Positions 25,931 to 40,636 are shown, numbered from the stretch's first letter. The stretch: 64,000 nucleotides of DNA from Callorhinchus milii (GCF_018977255.1 NW_024704742.1:18230001-18294000), one strand, 5' to 3'. Translations and numbers: made by a program. Notes: a model not told the origin generated them from the sequence alone.

Positions 25931-27833
25931 TAGATGTGATTGGGGATGCAAATTAGAAAAGACATTTTCTAAAGAAAACATTGATTCAGAAACATCTATT
26001 AATTCAGTAGTTATGCTTTTACATAGGGGATATTTTAGCGGTGATTCCTAGACAAGTTATCTTGTAGAAAGTACTATCTGATCAGCCTGATCACTTCAAT
26101 GATCTGTTCAGATGAATCTTGAAAGGCCTGAAGCTAAGCTGGCTGGAATTGAGGCCATTGGTGTCAGTTTTCAGATAATCAGGTACCATATTTTAAAACT
26201 GTGATCCGAGGCCAGTAATAGAGGTCAGGCTACAAAGATAGCAGAATATATATATAAAATAAAACAATGACAATCAAAAGAGAGGGACAAGAGATGGTGG
26301 AGATAATAAGAGAAAATGATAAAATAGAAGTTTCAAAACACTGACTTTTCTTACTTTTTCTAAGATTTTTTATACTGTAGTAACACTTTATTCTCTCCGA
26401 TTAGTGGGAGCAATTTTGCAATATGTTTCTCATGTTACATGAACTATTTCTTTGCTGCTCAGTATTTGGGTCCCTGTTATTCTTCGCTGTACTGCTAAAG
26501 CTCTGCAGATCATTTACGCTTTTGTGACAATCTCCTGCAGCTCTGTGAACAATGAAATGTCACTGGAAAGACCATGCTTTTTTACCCAAACATGATTTTC
26601 TGCTTGCACAAACTCCTTTTTGTGATTATTATGTAACTGCAAATTTTGTGAAAGGCACTGAATGCTGCCGCGTTTCACCCACAATTGGCTGCCGTGTTTC
26701 ACTGCACAAAATATACAGTCAATTTACTTTATAGTATATTCTGCAAAGTGCTTTGAGACATCGTGAAGACATGATAAGGCGCTATAACAAATGCAAGGAT
26801 TATTATTATTATAGTAAATGCAAGGATTATTAATTAGTAGTAATGTAACCATTGTGCCATGATGCATTTAGTGTACAGAGACCAGGATGCTGGTAGATGA
26901 TAGGGTGGATATTCTGGAAGGATAAGATCAAATGAACTGAAGAGCCTTCTTCACCTGAGACTCTTGTGATCGTAAGAATACAACAACAACTTGCACTTAT
27001 ATAGCGCTCTCCACTCCGGGCGGTGTCTCAGAGCATGTGATACAGACCATTATCAGCAATAGTTAAGGTGAATGGTTGTATTGGTATTCGTAAAGCTTTG
27101 TAATTTACCATTCTTTCACCTTTTAGAGCTGGTAGAGTTTTATGGAAAAGTATTATGTTTGCTTCATTTACTTTGTATAAGTAAAGCCAGACCTACTATT
27201 TCTTTGTTATAACATTCAATCGGCCTTATGGTCTTATTATTATTGGTATAATTCTAAAATGCTCTGTATTTTCTGATGTGATCTTTGCTCCCCCACTGTG
27301 TATTACCTTTCGGAGGCAATCTATTTCTGAGAAATTCCCTGCTTTGCACTATTATTTTGATTCCACTGGGAATGATTCAAACCTTAGCAACACAAAAGAA
27401 AAATAGTACCTTACCTTAGTTTAGAGTAAGAAGATCAATCATATAGAGCAAGTGTAAGAAGCAATTTTCAGAGGGATAAACACCTCACATATCAATACAT
27501 TCTCAGTTGTATAACTTTGACTCACTTGGGTGGTTGTTCTTGTAGTATGGTACTACAATATGGTTGCTGCATAAATTCAGTCTAGGTGTCTTGAAGCCAC
27601 ACTCTCTTCCAGGAATTACAGTATTCCCAACCCTCTGCTAAAGTTCCTTGACTTGTCATCATGTTTAATTTCTCTTATTGGAAAGTACCATAGGGTCGAA
27701 ATCCCAGTTGGCAAATTTTGAAACTGTTAATGCCAGCAATCCATTCAACCTGAAGCCTTCTGCTCTCCTGCCAATTTGATGAATGGCTGCCTGTTTTGAT
27801 TGTTGTTGCTGTTGTTGTTGTTAAAAACAGCAA

Positions 27834-28190
27834 GCTTGGCTCAGTGGCAGCACTCTTGCCTCTGAATCAGAAGCTTATGAGCTCAAGCCCCACATCGGGA
27901 CTTGGAATCACATAGTCTAAGCTGACAATCCAACACAGTGCTGAGGGTGTGTTTCATTGTTGCGGATGCCATCCTTCGGATGAGAAGTTAAAACGAGGTT
28001 CTGTCTGCCTGTTCAGATGGACATTAAGGATCCCAGAGCACTATTCTAAAAGAGAAGGGAGTTTCTCTCGGTGTTCAAGCCAACAATCCCCCAAATAAAA
28101 ATTGGTCACTCACACCATGGCTGTTTGTGGGGCATTACTGTGCACGTAACTGGCTGCCACGTTTCACTCACAAAATGTACAGTCATATCG
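27834..28190 (+). mobile_element. Deu-domain SINE (tRNA head, Deu core, shared tail)
   Basis: Core gatgccatccttcggatgagaagttaaaacgagg...aaggatcccagagcactatt matches the recalled DeuSINE (AmnSINE1/SINE3/SacSINE1) domain. Confidence 0.85.
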
Positions 28191-28296
28191 CAGTATATGG
28201 TGCAAGTGTGCTATAGTATGCACAGTCAAATCATTTTGTGGAGTCCTATAGTTTAGTGGTTAGAGCACTCGCCTTTCAGATGTCTTGAAGATGTGA

Positions 28297-28525
28297 TAAC
28301 AATAACAACAAGATTCCATTTATAAAGCGCCTTTCACGTCAGGAGGACGTCCCAAGGCGCTGCACAGTTGGGTCATGACCCGAGCAGGGGGAAATGGTCA
28401 GGGTGAGGGGAGAGAAGGGAGGGAGCGAGGAGGGGGGAAATGGTCAGGGTGAGGGGAGGGAAGGGAGGGAGCGAGGAGGGGGAAGAGAGTCGAGAGGGGA
28501 GCTGAAGGCACGGTCAAAGAGAAAA
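28297..28525 (-). mobile_element. L2 3' end with an internal duplication of about 47 nt
   Basis: Near-identical to the reverse complement of 1975-2155; the unit gggaaatggtcagggtgagggg... occurs twice. Confidence 0.88.
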
Positions 28526-30127
28526 AGAGATAAGGCACTATATCAAATGCAAGTATTATTATTATTATATCCTGTGAAGCACCTTGAGGCATCTCGATAA
28601 TGTGATAAGCAGCTATATCAAATGCAAGAATTATTTATTCTTTATCTACTCATGGTTAGTTGAGAAATGTGTTGTTGTTTTAGCCCAAGCTGATGCCACA
28701 GGAATAGTTGATGGTGAAGGAACAGTTCAAGAGAGGAGCTGGGAGTTACAGGATCAGCAATAATGAAGTGGATTCATGGGAAAAATAGCTGATTAAAAAA
28801 ACATGTTTAAATTAAAGGAACATATTTTTCATTTTATCCCCATTCCGTCATGTTAGGCTCTTCTATGTCGCCCTATAGCATGCTCGCACCAACACTTAGC
28901 CATCGTAAATCAGCGTTTGTGTTAAACCACTCTGCGATGACAGGATTCAGAGAGTACAGTAACACTGGTCAGCAGCTTGCCCATTAATGAGGACCAATTA
29001 AAGTTTTTATGGTGATAATGTGACAGCTCTTAACACTGGAAAAAATGACACACAATAAGGCTAGGATTTTAACATGGTTGTAGGATTTTACTGTCCAAAT
29101 CCTGTCATTAATTCTACAAATTTTTGGCAGGAATTATTCCTTCATATCTTCAATGTGTGCCTCTCTGGCAGGCTGGCTGACCCAGGACATCATTACATGT
29201 GAACGTGCAAATACAAACATTCTCCATACAACACAAATTCATCAAAAATAAATCCAGTCATTCCATTTTACGGTGCATCCAGTGAAGTGCTTTCAGACCT
29301 CTGCCTGACATAAAAGGCATTATAACAAATGTAAGAAGTGTTATCAGTGTTTATTATCAATGTTAAATGATTGAGATTCTATATGTTTGAAAAGTAGTTA
29401 CTCTTACAACAGCCTGCAATATCTTTCTAGAGTACCTCTTACAACAGCCTGCAATACTCTGCTCATCTCTGAAATAACGAACTTCATCCTGTGAAAATCT
29501 CATATTTAGCGTGATATCACCATAGAAATGAATAACCACTTCTTGCCCAATGCCAGGACAAAATGAGGATAAATTAATACTTTGAACTTGATTCCTACAC
29601 TAATATCTTGTGATTTCACACTCAGAATCATTTTCCTAAAGCTACATTACTGATGTCCATTGTTTTCAGTTGATTATAAGATACAGATTTTATTTTCTCA
29701 AAGGATTGAAATCCCTTGATGAAAATTCCCCTTGTAAAGTGTAAATACTAGACATTTTTCCATTGCTTCCATTTTATGTTCAGACACATAAAAATAAAAT
29801 AGAAATCCACCAAGGGCAACAATTTACTTTAAGTAATCTGACTATTCATCTTTAGGACTCAGCACTTCTAAATGTGTTGAGAACATTACTAGAACCCAAT
29901 GAACGGCTTTATGCCAATCTCAGCAGACTGCAATGATGAGCAAAATAGCATCTAAATCAAATTGTTCTAAGTGGATTCCATGTTTGTGTATGTATTTACA
30001 AGGAACAGACATCAGCTTCTCAAAGGCTTGCAGATAAATTGAAAAAACAACCTCTAACAGGCATCACTGGAATATGGTTAATGCAGGAAATGGTGGAACC
30101 TTACTGCAAAATGAGGAAAAGAATTGC

Positions 30128-30488
30128 ATTTCACAGAATTTACTTTGAAGTGGAATGACTGTATATTTGTGGGCGAATGCAGCAGTCAATTTGCACACAG
30201 TAATGTCCCCAAAACGGCCATGAAATGAATGACCAATTTTACTTGGGGAATTTGTTGGCCAAGACACCGGGAGAAACTCCCTTCTTGTTTTGAATAGTGC
30301 CATGAGATCTTTGATGTCCACTTAAACAGGCAAACTGGACCTTGGTTTAACGTTTCATGTGAAGGATTATACCCTTGACAATGGAGCACACCCCCAGCAC
30401 TGACCTGAAGTGTTAGCCTAAACTATGAGTTCAAAGTTTCCAGCTTTCTGACTCAGACAAGAGTCTACCAACTGAGCCAGATTGACAT
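30128..30488 (-). mobile_element. Deu-domain SINE
   Basis: Collinear with 16231-16605. Confidence 0.82.
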
Positions 30489-33469
30489 CTAAACATCATA
30501 ATTTGTTACTAATACAGATTACACTAAATGGAGCATATTATTTTGAATGCTATTATCTTTCAGGTATAGAAGCATAATATTCTGTACTTTTCCTGAAATT
30601 CACTGGTTCCTTTGCGTTTGTTTTCCTTTCATAAATTTACTTCATGGCTGTGTGTGGAACATTGTTGTGTGTAAATTGGCTGCTATGTTTGTCTATCAAA
30701 TCCGCACTCACTATACCTTACAGTAAATCCTGTGAAGCACTATGAGACATCTTCCTGATGCGAAAGCCAATATATCAAAGATATTATCATACACACATCT
30801 CTATATGGTTCTTCATGTCCCTTTTTAAATTGCCATAGATTTCCTTCAGTATTTGCAAAATCATCTTTCATAAAATAATCTCAATGGCTGATTAAAATAG
30901 TGGTTAGCTCTGTATTTACGATCCTGGATATAAGATATAATAATCTGTCCAAATGTTTCACAGGAAGATAAAACAATGTTTTGAGATTCACTGCAAATAT
31001 TCAGCACAAACATTTAGGATTGATAAATGTCAAAGTTCAAGTGTTGAGGCACTTGCATCCCTGGTATAGACAGTGGCAGCTGGCTAAGGAACCAGCAAAT
31101 CATAAAAATCTGCAGTAACCTATGAAGCGCCATTCCACTCGTAGTCTTACAGAGGCATTAACAGCCTTGCCAGATCGCAGAAAAACTGCATTTTGAAAAT
31201 CCGAAATTAGATAAAATTGCTGGAAAGTCCAGCAGGTCAATCGGCATCTTCAGGACAAAGATAAGTTATCTTTCCTTTTCAGATGTTTTCATTTCACATC
31301 TCATTTTTATTAGAGAGGATACATCCTGGTTTGGGGAGTCAGCAGAAAAAAAGGTTCCTTGAAAATGATATATGACCAGAAGTGCTCAATAATTGGAAAC
31401 TATTTCCAATTGGAAATAATTGGAAAGACTCCAACAGAGAATGCCTTTCCTTTCAATTTGATGTTGATCTCAGTCTCCCAGCCAATATTCTTTCAAATAT
31501 TTTACTGCTGTTCATGGCATGTTGCCGGTGCAGATTAGCTGCCACATCTTCACATGGAACAAAACAATAACAACAACAGCAACTTACATTCTTATAATGC
31601 CTTTCATGTCGGGAGGATGTCCTAAAGAACTGGGAAGTCCTCCCAGAAACATTAGTCATTAAACTTCAAAGTAAAACTCATACCTTATGGTGTGAGTAAC
31701 ACTGTGGGGAACACTTCTGCTCAATATTAAGTGCATTAACTGTATTGGAAAGCATTGGGAGAAGGACAACAGTTTAAACATCTCATATTATTGAGATATG
31801 CAGAACACCTAAAAAAAAACGAAATATTGTACATTATTAGCTAACCGACTTCTTGTTCTATACTGAAAATGTAAAGTGGATGCAGTCAAGTATTTTATGC
31901 AAATCCAGAGAACAAGAAGACATGATTTGAGGCTGTGTGGCACAAATGTAATGTAAAGAGTAACTTTTTCATACTTAGTCCAGACAGTCACTTAGTGCAA
32001 ACGATGGTGCTTCAATTGAAGCATTCAGAAGAGAATTGGATTTATTTCCAGTTCAGCATCTTGTGAAGAACTATAATAATCCTTATATTTGGTACAGCAC
32101 CTTTCATGTCATAAGGATATTCCAAAGGTTTCACAAGATATACTACAATGTGGAATGATTGTGTACCTGTGGGCGGTCAATAGCTTTGCTATGCTGATAT
32201 TTATTGTTTTGATCCTTACTGCTGGTAGCTGTCATACTCCTCCAGAGTGACAATAACACTAACCCTGAGTAACAATGCAGGTTATGCCAAAGGCAGCAGT
32301 CTGATACGTTAGGTCTTGTCAGAAGTGAAACTGGCTAGATAAGTCACAAATAATAAGAATATTTATTTATCACATCTATTCACATTCTATTTGTAATGCC
32401 TCAAGGAAATTCTTCACTCCAATCCCGTCTAAAACAATTTAGTATTTTTAAAGGCTTTGTAACCCAAGAAAATGTATTTAAAACTGCTTTAAGATATCTC
32501 TTTGTCATTTGCATTTTTATTCCTTTAATATTTCTTTGCACAAGTGTTCTGAAGTCCATTTATACAACTTTTCTGCCCAATCACGCAAAATCTAATCAAT
32601 ACATAGGCTTCAGCAGCAACAACTCTGAATTCCAGCAAAATACCAGTGTAGCCCAGAAGAAAAAGAAAAGGCAAATCCAGCAATCCAATGTAAATGATTT
32701 TCAATAGTTTTAAATGGGCCGATTCCAGTTATCTTATTACAATTGTTATTTCCGTAAGTTCTGAACACATTTTCACAAGTAAAAGAATGCTCGAAACATC
32801 GGAGGGGAGTGCAGGTGAGAAGGGAAGGAAGGGGGGAATTTGTAGTATGTGATGATTATGAATCATAACAATGTTTGGGAGATTTGATATAGCTAGTAAG
32901 ATACCTCAAAGAGCTTCTCATGATTTACTGTAAAATATAGTGAATGTATGATTTGTGGTTGAACGTGGCAGCCAATTTGCACACAACACTGCTCACTGTG
33001 AAGTGATTATTAGGAGTACAGAATTTGCCTTCCTTTAATGTAGCACTGATTTAGATCTGAACATTCTCTTTCCTCACTTTATTCTGAGAATGGCTTCTGT
33101 TTCCAGCACTGTATGACCACCATTTTTATGAATGAGGGAGTAGTTTTATCTTCCTCAATCCTAGTGTCCAGTTAACAGAGTTCAGCTTTTTTGTCATGTA
33201 GGAATTATATTTAGGCCACTATCTGGGAAAGTAGCTTGATATTCTTGGTTTCCCAACCCTGATTGAAGATTTTTCACACTGCAGAAAATAACATGTGTTT
33301 TTTGAAAGTGAGCTGCACAAAATTCTAATCGAAGACATAGAGGGAAATAATGAGTATTGAACAGAAGCTCAGAAATTCCTTATGGGGAAAGGAAGGAAGG
33401 AAGGGTACATTAGAGGATGAACTAGAATAAAAGTATCATTCACACCTTGTAATTATTAGCTCAATGACA

Positions 33470-33960
33470 CAACAACAACTTTGATTTATATAGTATTCTT
33501 CACGCGGGAGGGTTTAACAGCAATGAAGCTTGACACCGAGCCGGGGAGAGATGGGAGGGACTGTAGGAACGCAGCTAAAAAGGAAGATCTTCCAACGTGA
33601 TCTGAAGAAGACGGGTGAGGTGGAGGATTGAGGCAGAGATTTCCAGAGCTTCAGAGTGTAATGGCTCAAAGATTGGCCACAAATGGTGGAGCGGAGGGGA
33701 CAAGGGACGTGTAGGTTGGAGCAAACTGAACGAAGTTGGAGAGGAATGGTGTGTAGGCAGGTTAAAGAGGTAGAGAAGTGACAACGCATAAATCGATTTG
33801 CAAGTATGAAGATTTTGAAGTCATCTGTTCTGCAATAGGGAGCCAATGAATCCTGGCAAGCACTGGGGTGGTGAGAGTAGAGTTTGGAATGGGTGAGAAT
33901 ATGGTTAGTGGAGTGGGGTGAGAATACAAGCGGCAGAGTTTTCAATCAGTTGAACTTTCT
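33470..33960 (-). mobile_element. L2 3' fragment (older)
   Basis: Reverse-complement similarity to 40850-41346. Confidence 0.8.
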
Positions 33961-34409
33961 GGTAATAATCACTTTCTCATAACTTGCCCTTGTAATAACC
34001 AGCTCAATAACACTCGGTTCAACAATAAAAATATGATAAAATGGCAAGAAATCAAATAATAAAACCTGAGGACGCCAGACTCATTAAATAAACAGAACAT
34101 GGCACATTTAGTCTGCTGCGCCATTTCACAACAGTGAACCGGGGCTTGCAAAGCACACGTAATATTATGTTGTTTGTGTGCACATTGCAGTAAATTCCTA
34201 CCATTCAGCATCACACTCAACTCAGCACTTTCCATGTTAATGATCTCTGAGGATGATTGATGGGCTGTTTACAACTGCTTTAAAAAAAGCCCAAGTACCT
34301 AAGGCTAGCCACAATTTCAATAGTTGGTCATCGTAAAACTGTGGAAAAGGGACTTAAATACTAATTAAGAATAAAACCTTGAAATAATTTCTGAATGATA
34401 CAGTATACA

Positions 34410-34900
34410 TGTCCTCTCCCGCACCAAACTCTGTGACCCCCTCTTCCCCACTCTCACCGACTCAATTGGCTCCCTATCCTTCAGAGGATCCAGTTCAAGA
34501 TCCTGGTCCTCACCTACAAAGCCATCCATGGCCTCGCTCCACCCTATCTCTGCGACCTCCTAACCCCCTACCAACCCACCCACTCCCTCTGTTCAGCCGG
34601 CTCTGGCCTACTCCATGTCCCCCGACCCATCCACCCTACAATTAGCGAGAGAGCCTTCAGCCACTGGAATTCCATCCCCCAATCACTCCACCTCTCCCCC
34701 TCCTTAGCCTCCTTCAAGTCCCGCCTCAAAACCCTCCTCTTCGATCATGCGACCAGCCACGCCCCTACCCCTCCCATCCCTTCTCCCCCTCCTGACCCCA
34801 GCTCGGGTCTGAAATGATGTACACTGTCCAGCGCCTTGGGACATCCTCCCGAGGTGAAAGGCGCTATACAAATGTAATCTTGTTGTTGTTGTTGTTGTTG
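34410..34900 (+). mobile_element. L2 3' fragment
   Basis: Similar to 37850-38340; (GTT)n tail. Confidence 0.88.
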
Positions 34901-35567
34901 TATACATGGCAGCAATAGTGATATAAAGGTTACAGGAACTTTTGATAAAATCTGGAGTTTTTTTGAAAAGCAAATTTAATTGTTTTATAATCTGGGTTAT
35001 TACTCAAATCATGGTGGTGAACACCAGTAATTCTAAATGTTTTAACACTTGCCTACGAGCTCAAAATGCTGGGAGCAGGCAGTAAGTAATAATAAACAAA
35101 CATTTTCCAAACAGAAAAAAAGCAATAAGCATCAGTGCCTGAATCAGTAAACCTGTGACACAGGAGATTACAATACAAAAGAATCAAGAAGACAAAGTAA
35201 AAATGAACTGTCCCAGAATTTGCTCAGGAACACAGGCTTTTAACAGGTAGAAATTGGCATTAAAATTGTAGGCAATGGATGATCTGGTGGATAGAGACAC
35301 TGACAGAATACAGAACAGAAGGCAGGCAGCTTGATCCCTGGCCTGTATTGATTTCAGTTGAAGTAATAGAGGCTAGTTTAAAAAAAATGCAGATTCCTGC
35401 TTCTGATCTCTCTCTACCTACCTCCTCCTCCCTGAAAATATCAACAGGTATGACTCCCTCCACTCTCTGCTCCCAGTCAAATAGCTCCAATATCTCATGT
35501 CATCAAGCACTGAGATATTTTGTGACAGGCGCTCTATAAGCGTAAATTGTATTGTGTATCTTACATC

Positions 35568-35895
35568 AGCCGAGGTCAGTGGGAGGACTGTCGAGTGTGA
35601 GTCAGAAGGTTGTGGGTTCAAGCCGGCACTTTGAACTCACTTTCGGCTGACCCTCCAATACAGTGTTAGGGGTGCGCTGCTCTATCACTTCATCAAAGGT
35701 GTTGATGTTTGGATGAGGTGTTAAATCGAGGTCCAGTCTACCTGTTCAGATGGTTGTTAAAGATCCCGTGCCACTATTCAAAAAGAAAATAGAGTTTCTC
35801 CTGGTGTCTTGGCCAGCAATCTCCCTGATAAAATTTGATCATTCACTTTATGGCTATAAGAAAATTGGTTGCCACGTTCATCTACAAAATACACA
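35568..35895 (+). mobile_element. Deu-domain SINE
   Basis: ggatgaggtgttaaatcgaggtcc...aaagatcccgtgccactatt core. Confidence 0.8.
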
Positions 35896-36469
35896 GGTTT
35901 GGTGTTAAAGATGCTCTGAGAGGTGGTTAGTCTATTTTATATCATGTCTTGACATAGTAAATGATCACGTCGGTAAACCCAAATCATCAATTTAGTTGCT
36001 TATTAAGGAGTAAATCTAATTAACCAGAATATTTTAGTATCTCAAGTCCTTTATAGTGGTAAAATTACTTTACAGCAAGGAGGTACACCTAATGATTTTG
36101 TGATTGAATTTCTGATTAACGTTTTGGTTTAATGAAGCAACGTGCTGTATCATGAAGAATTCTAATTAATTTTACGAAATGTGCTGTTTATTCCAATATA
36201 TCCGATGAACGTGTTTGGATTAAATTATATTATTGCTAGTTTTCTGAATGTATACTCAGCAGAAGGTTGCAACTACAATATTGTGTAAGGAAATGTGTAG
36301 GTATTAAGTTTAACTATGCCAATCATTAATATTAGAGATCTTTCTGTTACCAGTTTGCAATGGTCAAATAAAGATACGTTTTAAAACCGAATGGACTGGA
36401 TAATGAAACAGTGCCAAGATAATGAAAGAGTGCAATTTTACCAGAGCTGTCCCAGATGGCTTATTTGGT

Positions 36470-36820
36470 GTAACTCTTGCCTTTGGTCGGAAGGTTGTTG
36501 GTTCAAACCCCATGATCTTTCAATCCAGGTTGACAATTGAATGGAAACAGCATTGTTACAAGTGCTGTTTTTCAGATGAGATATTAAAACAAGTTCCTAC
36601 CTAACCTGCTCAGGTGGATGTTAAACAACCACGGCACAATTTGTATTCAGTATCTTGACCAACAGCAGTCCAAATCAACTGGGTCATTCATTTTTCTGTT
36701 CATGGAATCTTGCTGGTGCAAATGGCTACCATATTTGACTAGGAAATAAATCACTGAATTCAACTGTGACTACTTGCAAAACACTCTGAGTCCTTTTGAG
36801 GTGATAAAGCAATGTACAAG
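36470..36820 (+). mobile_element. Old Deu-domain SINE
   Basis: Degenerate head and core. Confidence 0.65.
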
Positions 36821-37600
36821 TTTGAGCTTTCTTTTAAAAAATCTGGATACTGTAAGGGCTACAATATGGATAGGAATCAAACTATATGAAATGGAATGGA
36901 GAACCTGAATGGTGGAGGGAAAAAAAAGAAAAACTATTTTTTTTTTAAATTATCATTTACACAAAAAAAGCTTGAAAAAACGAGCATTTCATTTTTAATT
37001 TATTTTCGACCGACCCCATAAATTAATAAAAGTGCTCATAATTTTCAGAAGTTCATAATATTGGCTAGTTTCTGTCACTGACTATCTCCCCCATCACTGC
37101 TGCTGCTTCTAAGTTCCTTCCAGCATTTCCAAAAGATTATGATGCATGAACTACCTGGCACCACCTTCCTGTATATCACAGAGGGAAAGGAGGAATGGAT
37201 GCCTGGTACCAGTGGTTGACGTATGGCTATAGTCTGCAAACTTGTCTCCGAGTCTGGATTTCTTACATTAATCTAATCATACACTTGACTAGTCAGCAGT
37301 GGCCAACACATTATCAGATTGATGCAAAAATAGGCTGTGGACGATGGTGTCTGGGCAATGAAGATTGCGATCTGCAAGCAGGTGACTTAATTGAAAATCA
37401 GGATGCTGTCTGGCAATTTTTGGATACTAATAGGGCATGATAGCTCCTGTGGCAGTGAAGTTAAGGTTGGGATTTCATTTGTGAAAAACACTGTGTGATG
37501 GATGAATAATGGAGATTTATGGCTAACTAAATATTTCATCTGGAGATTAAATAGGTGGTGGTAAATACATAAGAAAATATAGCAATTTATAGCAAGCCAG

Positions 37601-38342
37601 TCAGGAACCTGGGTGTCTTGTTTGACCCTGAACTGTCCTTTCTCCACCACGACGGGCACTGTCTACCACCACCTCCGCAACATTGCCAGACTCCGCCACT
37701 GCCTCACCCCTCAGGCTACCAAAACCCTCACCCATGCATTTGTCACATCAAGGTCGATTACGGGAACTCCCTCCTCATCGGCCTTCCCAACTCTTCCCTT
37801 CCCAAGCTGCAGATCATCCAAAACCCTGCAGCTCGTGTACTCTCACGCACCAAGGCTTCGTGACCCCATCACTCCCACCCTCACTCAACTCCACTGGCTC
37901 CTCATCCCCCAGAGGATCGAGTTTAAGATCCTCATCCTCACCTTTAAGGCCACCCATGGCCTTGCCCCCTCGTACCTCTCTTGACCTGCTGACTCCCTAC
38001 CAACCTGCCCGCTCCCTCCGTTCAGCGGGCTCCGGTCTGCTCCATGTCTCCCGCCCGACCCGCCCTACCATCGGTGGCCGGGCTTTCAGCCTCTCTGCCC
38101 CACACTCTGGAACTCCATCCCACGGTCCCTTCGTCTCGCTTCCTCCCTTGCCTCCTTCAAGGCCGGTCTCAAGACCCTTCTCTTTGATCGTGCCTTTGGT
38201 CTCCCTCCCACCTCTTTGCCTTCCCTCTCCCTACACCACCCCTCCCTCATGTTCAGGCCCCGACACCTCACTGTTCAGCACTTTGGGACGTCCTCCCGAC
38301 GTGAAAGGCGCTCTATAAATGTAATTTTGCTGTTGTTGTTGA
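37601..38342 (+). mobile_element. L2 LINE 3' fragment
   Basis: HLRNIARLR, HAFVTSR and LHWL..QRIEFKIL..GLAPSYL motifs; tail gggacgtcctcccgacgtgaaaggcgctctataaatg plus (GTT)n. Confidence 0.92.
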
Positions 38343-38830
38343 TACAGTAAGCACAGCTACATTCCATGCTACGTCTCTAGCCTCAACCATTAGTGCTTTG
38401 ACTTGAGTGCTTGAAAACATTTCACACCTCCAAGCCAAACAAGCTGGTCAACCAGGATGATAACCTTGTTTGCCTCTGATCTGCCTGACTATGCCAGGTG
38501 TGTCTCCAGTTCATTCCCAGGAAGACGTGGCTGAATCCCCCCCCACTCCCTCCAGTAGAGCGATGGGGTAGAGAGCAAATTAAAAAATGTTCAAATGGGA
38601 ACTGGTGTAAATGGCATGAGCCCTGGAAAAAACACCTTAGGTGGTAACGTGCATCTTGTGCAGGATTTTGCACTTACGTCATGCTGACCCTGTGAGACAT
38701 TTGTTCCAAGATAACATTTTATGTTTGTACTTGTCATTTTACTTGAAACTGCAGTTCATAAATCACAGGTTTCTGTTCCATTTTAATTTGCAAAAACGTT
38801 ACGTTAACTTTATTCATATATTTGGAAACT

Positions 38831-38836
38831 TTTATT
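38831..38836 (-). terminator. Candidate polyadenylation signal of the MAP9-like gene
   Basis: AATAAA on the minus strand about 650 nt past the stop, in a cluster of similar hexamers (38808-38881). Confidence 0.35.
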
Positions 38837-39485
38837 TTATTCTATAAAATATTACATCTCTTAATAGGAACATATTTTATTGAACTATATACACAGATAC
38901 TTTCTACATAATTTGTTTGGTTGAAAATGCAGAACAAAAGTCTATTGGGGTAAAGTTTGTGGCGTTTCAAAATGAACTGGTGTTATGGTCGGTAATGGTT
39001 TTAAAGTGGTACTTGGAACAGTTTGTGTCAAGCACTAAATGACCACTAGGTGACAAGACTCTCCTGCAGTATGGATCCTTCCAATGAAGCTTTCAGAAAT
39101 TGAGAAGCCATTACCTTAAATCAAGTTATATATGCATTTTTAATTGTAAATTCTGGCTCCTGGATTAGTGTTAGGCATATTTTGTAATTCTGATGTTTGC
39201 TCACCTGGTGTGAGGGTCAGAAGGACTGAAGTATACACTCCCCCTAAAGCCTCAAATTATTTTACTATTCAAGACCTCGGCCACCCAAACCCTGAAAATT
39301 TCTGTCATTCTCTGAAAGGTTTAGTCTTCAAACTTAATGTTTAACACTAAACATTACAAATAATATTTCAAAATTAAAACCAGCAATAATTAATCTGGTG
39401 ATAATATTAAAACTGTAAATTTTACCCCTTAGTGTTCATAAACTAAAAAGGGCAGAGCGTGAAGTTGGCTACAAATGATATCGGT

Positions 39486-39602
39486 TTATTTTCTATATGG
39501 AATGGTTTTATTTGGAGGGCTCCATGGAGGCGGCTCACAATTTAAAAAGTGCATGATTTTCTTCTCACTCTTTTCCCGCTTTTCTTGTTGTTCTTTCTTT
39601 TC
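39486..39602 (-). CDS. MAP9: MAP9-like terminal coding exon
   Basis: tatttttatag|GAA. Encodes EKKEQQEKREKSEKKIMHFLNCEPPPWSPPNKTIPYRK*, with the MAP9 C-terminal PPWSPP motif. Confidence 0.93.
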   Translation of the reverse strand, partial: EKKEQQEKREKSEKKIMHFLNCEPPPWSPPNKTIPYRK

Positions 39603-40094
39603 CTATAAAAATAAGCAAAAGAATACCAGGGAATGAACATTAATGTGAAGCATTTCCATCTCTCATTGTACATTGAACTGAGAACTACAAATGCACAACA
39701 ATATAATTTACCTTTATAACAAAACAACAACAACTTGCATTTATATCATGCCCCTCATGCAGGGTAACGTTCGAGAGCGCGTTTCACATCAGAAGGGTGT
39801 CTCAAAGAGTTTAAGGCCACAATGATGACAAAGTGTATTGATTGTTAACGATGATAATATAATAATTTTTACATTTGATACAGGAACTTTCACGTCAGAA
39901 GGACTTCACAAATAGCTTCACAGGGTTTACTGTGGAGTGACTGTATTTGTGGATGAACGGGACAGCCCAATTGTGCACAGCAATGTCCCACAAACAACCA
40001 TGAAACAAATTACCAATTTTATTTGATGGATTGTTGGCCAGGAAACCAGGAGAAATTTCCTTCTCTTTGAGTCATGTGATGGGATATTTAACGT

Positions 40095-40636
40095 CAACAA
40101 CAACAACAAATTACATTTGATTCGGGAGAACGTCCCAGGGCGCTGGACAGTCAGGGATTTCACCCGAGCAGGACGTTGGGATCAGGAGGGGTGGAGGGCA
40201 GGGAAGGTAGGGGTAGGAGAGTGACCAAAGGCGCGATTGAAGACATGGGTCTTGAGACATGTCTTGGAGGAGGCAAGGGAGGGAGCAAGGTGAAGGGACT
40301 GTTGGATCGAGTGGGGCCAAAGCCCGACTGCAGACGGTGGGGCGGGCTGGGTGGGGGACATGGATCAAGGAGGAAGCGAACAGATCTATATAGTATTAGG
40401 TCACAGAGGTAGGAAGCAGCAAGGCCATGGAGGGCTTTCAAGGTGAGGACGAGTATTTTGAACCCTATCCTCTGGGGATGGGGAGCCAGTGGAGCCGTGC
40501 GAGGGTGAAGGTGATAGGGTCATAGAGCTGGTGCGGAAGAGGAAATGAGCTGCAGAGCTCTGGATGATCTGCAGGTTGTGGAGGGAAGCGTTGGGAAGAC
40601 TGATAAGCAGGGAATTGTCAAGCCCAGATGTAACAA
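40095..40636 (-). mobile_element. L2 LINE 3' fragment (a further RT piece lies at about 41350-41450)
   Basis: Reverse-complement similarity to 37740-38340; ALHGLAASYL motif; (AAC)n tail. Confidence 0.88.
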
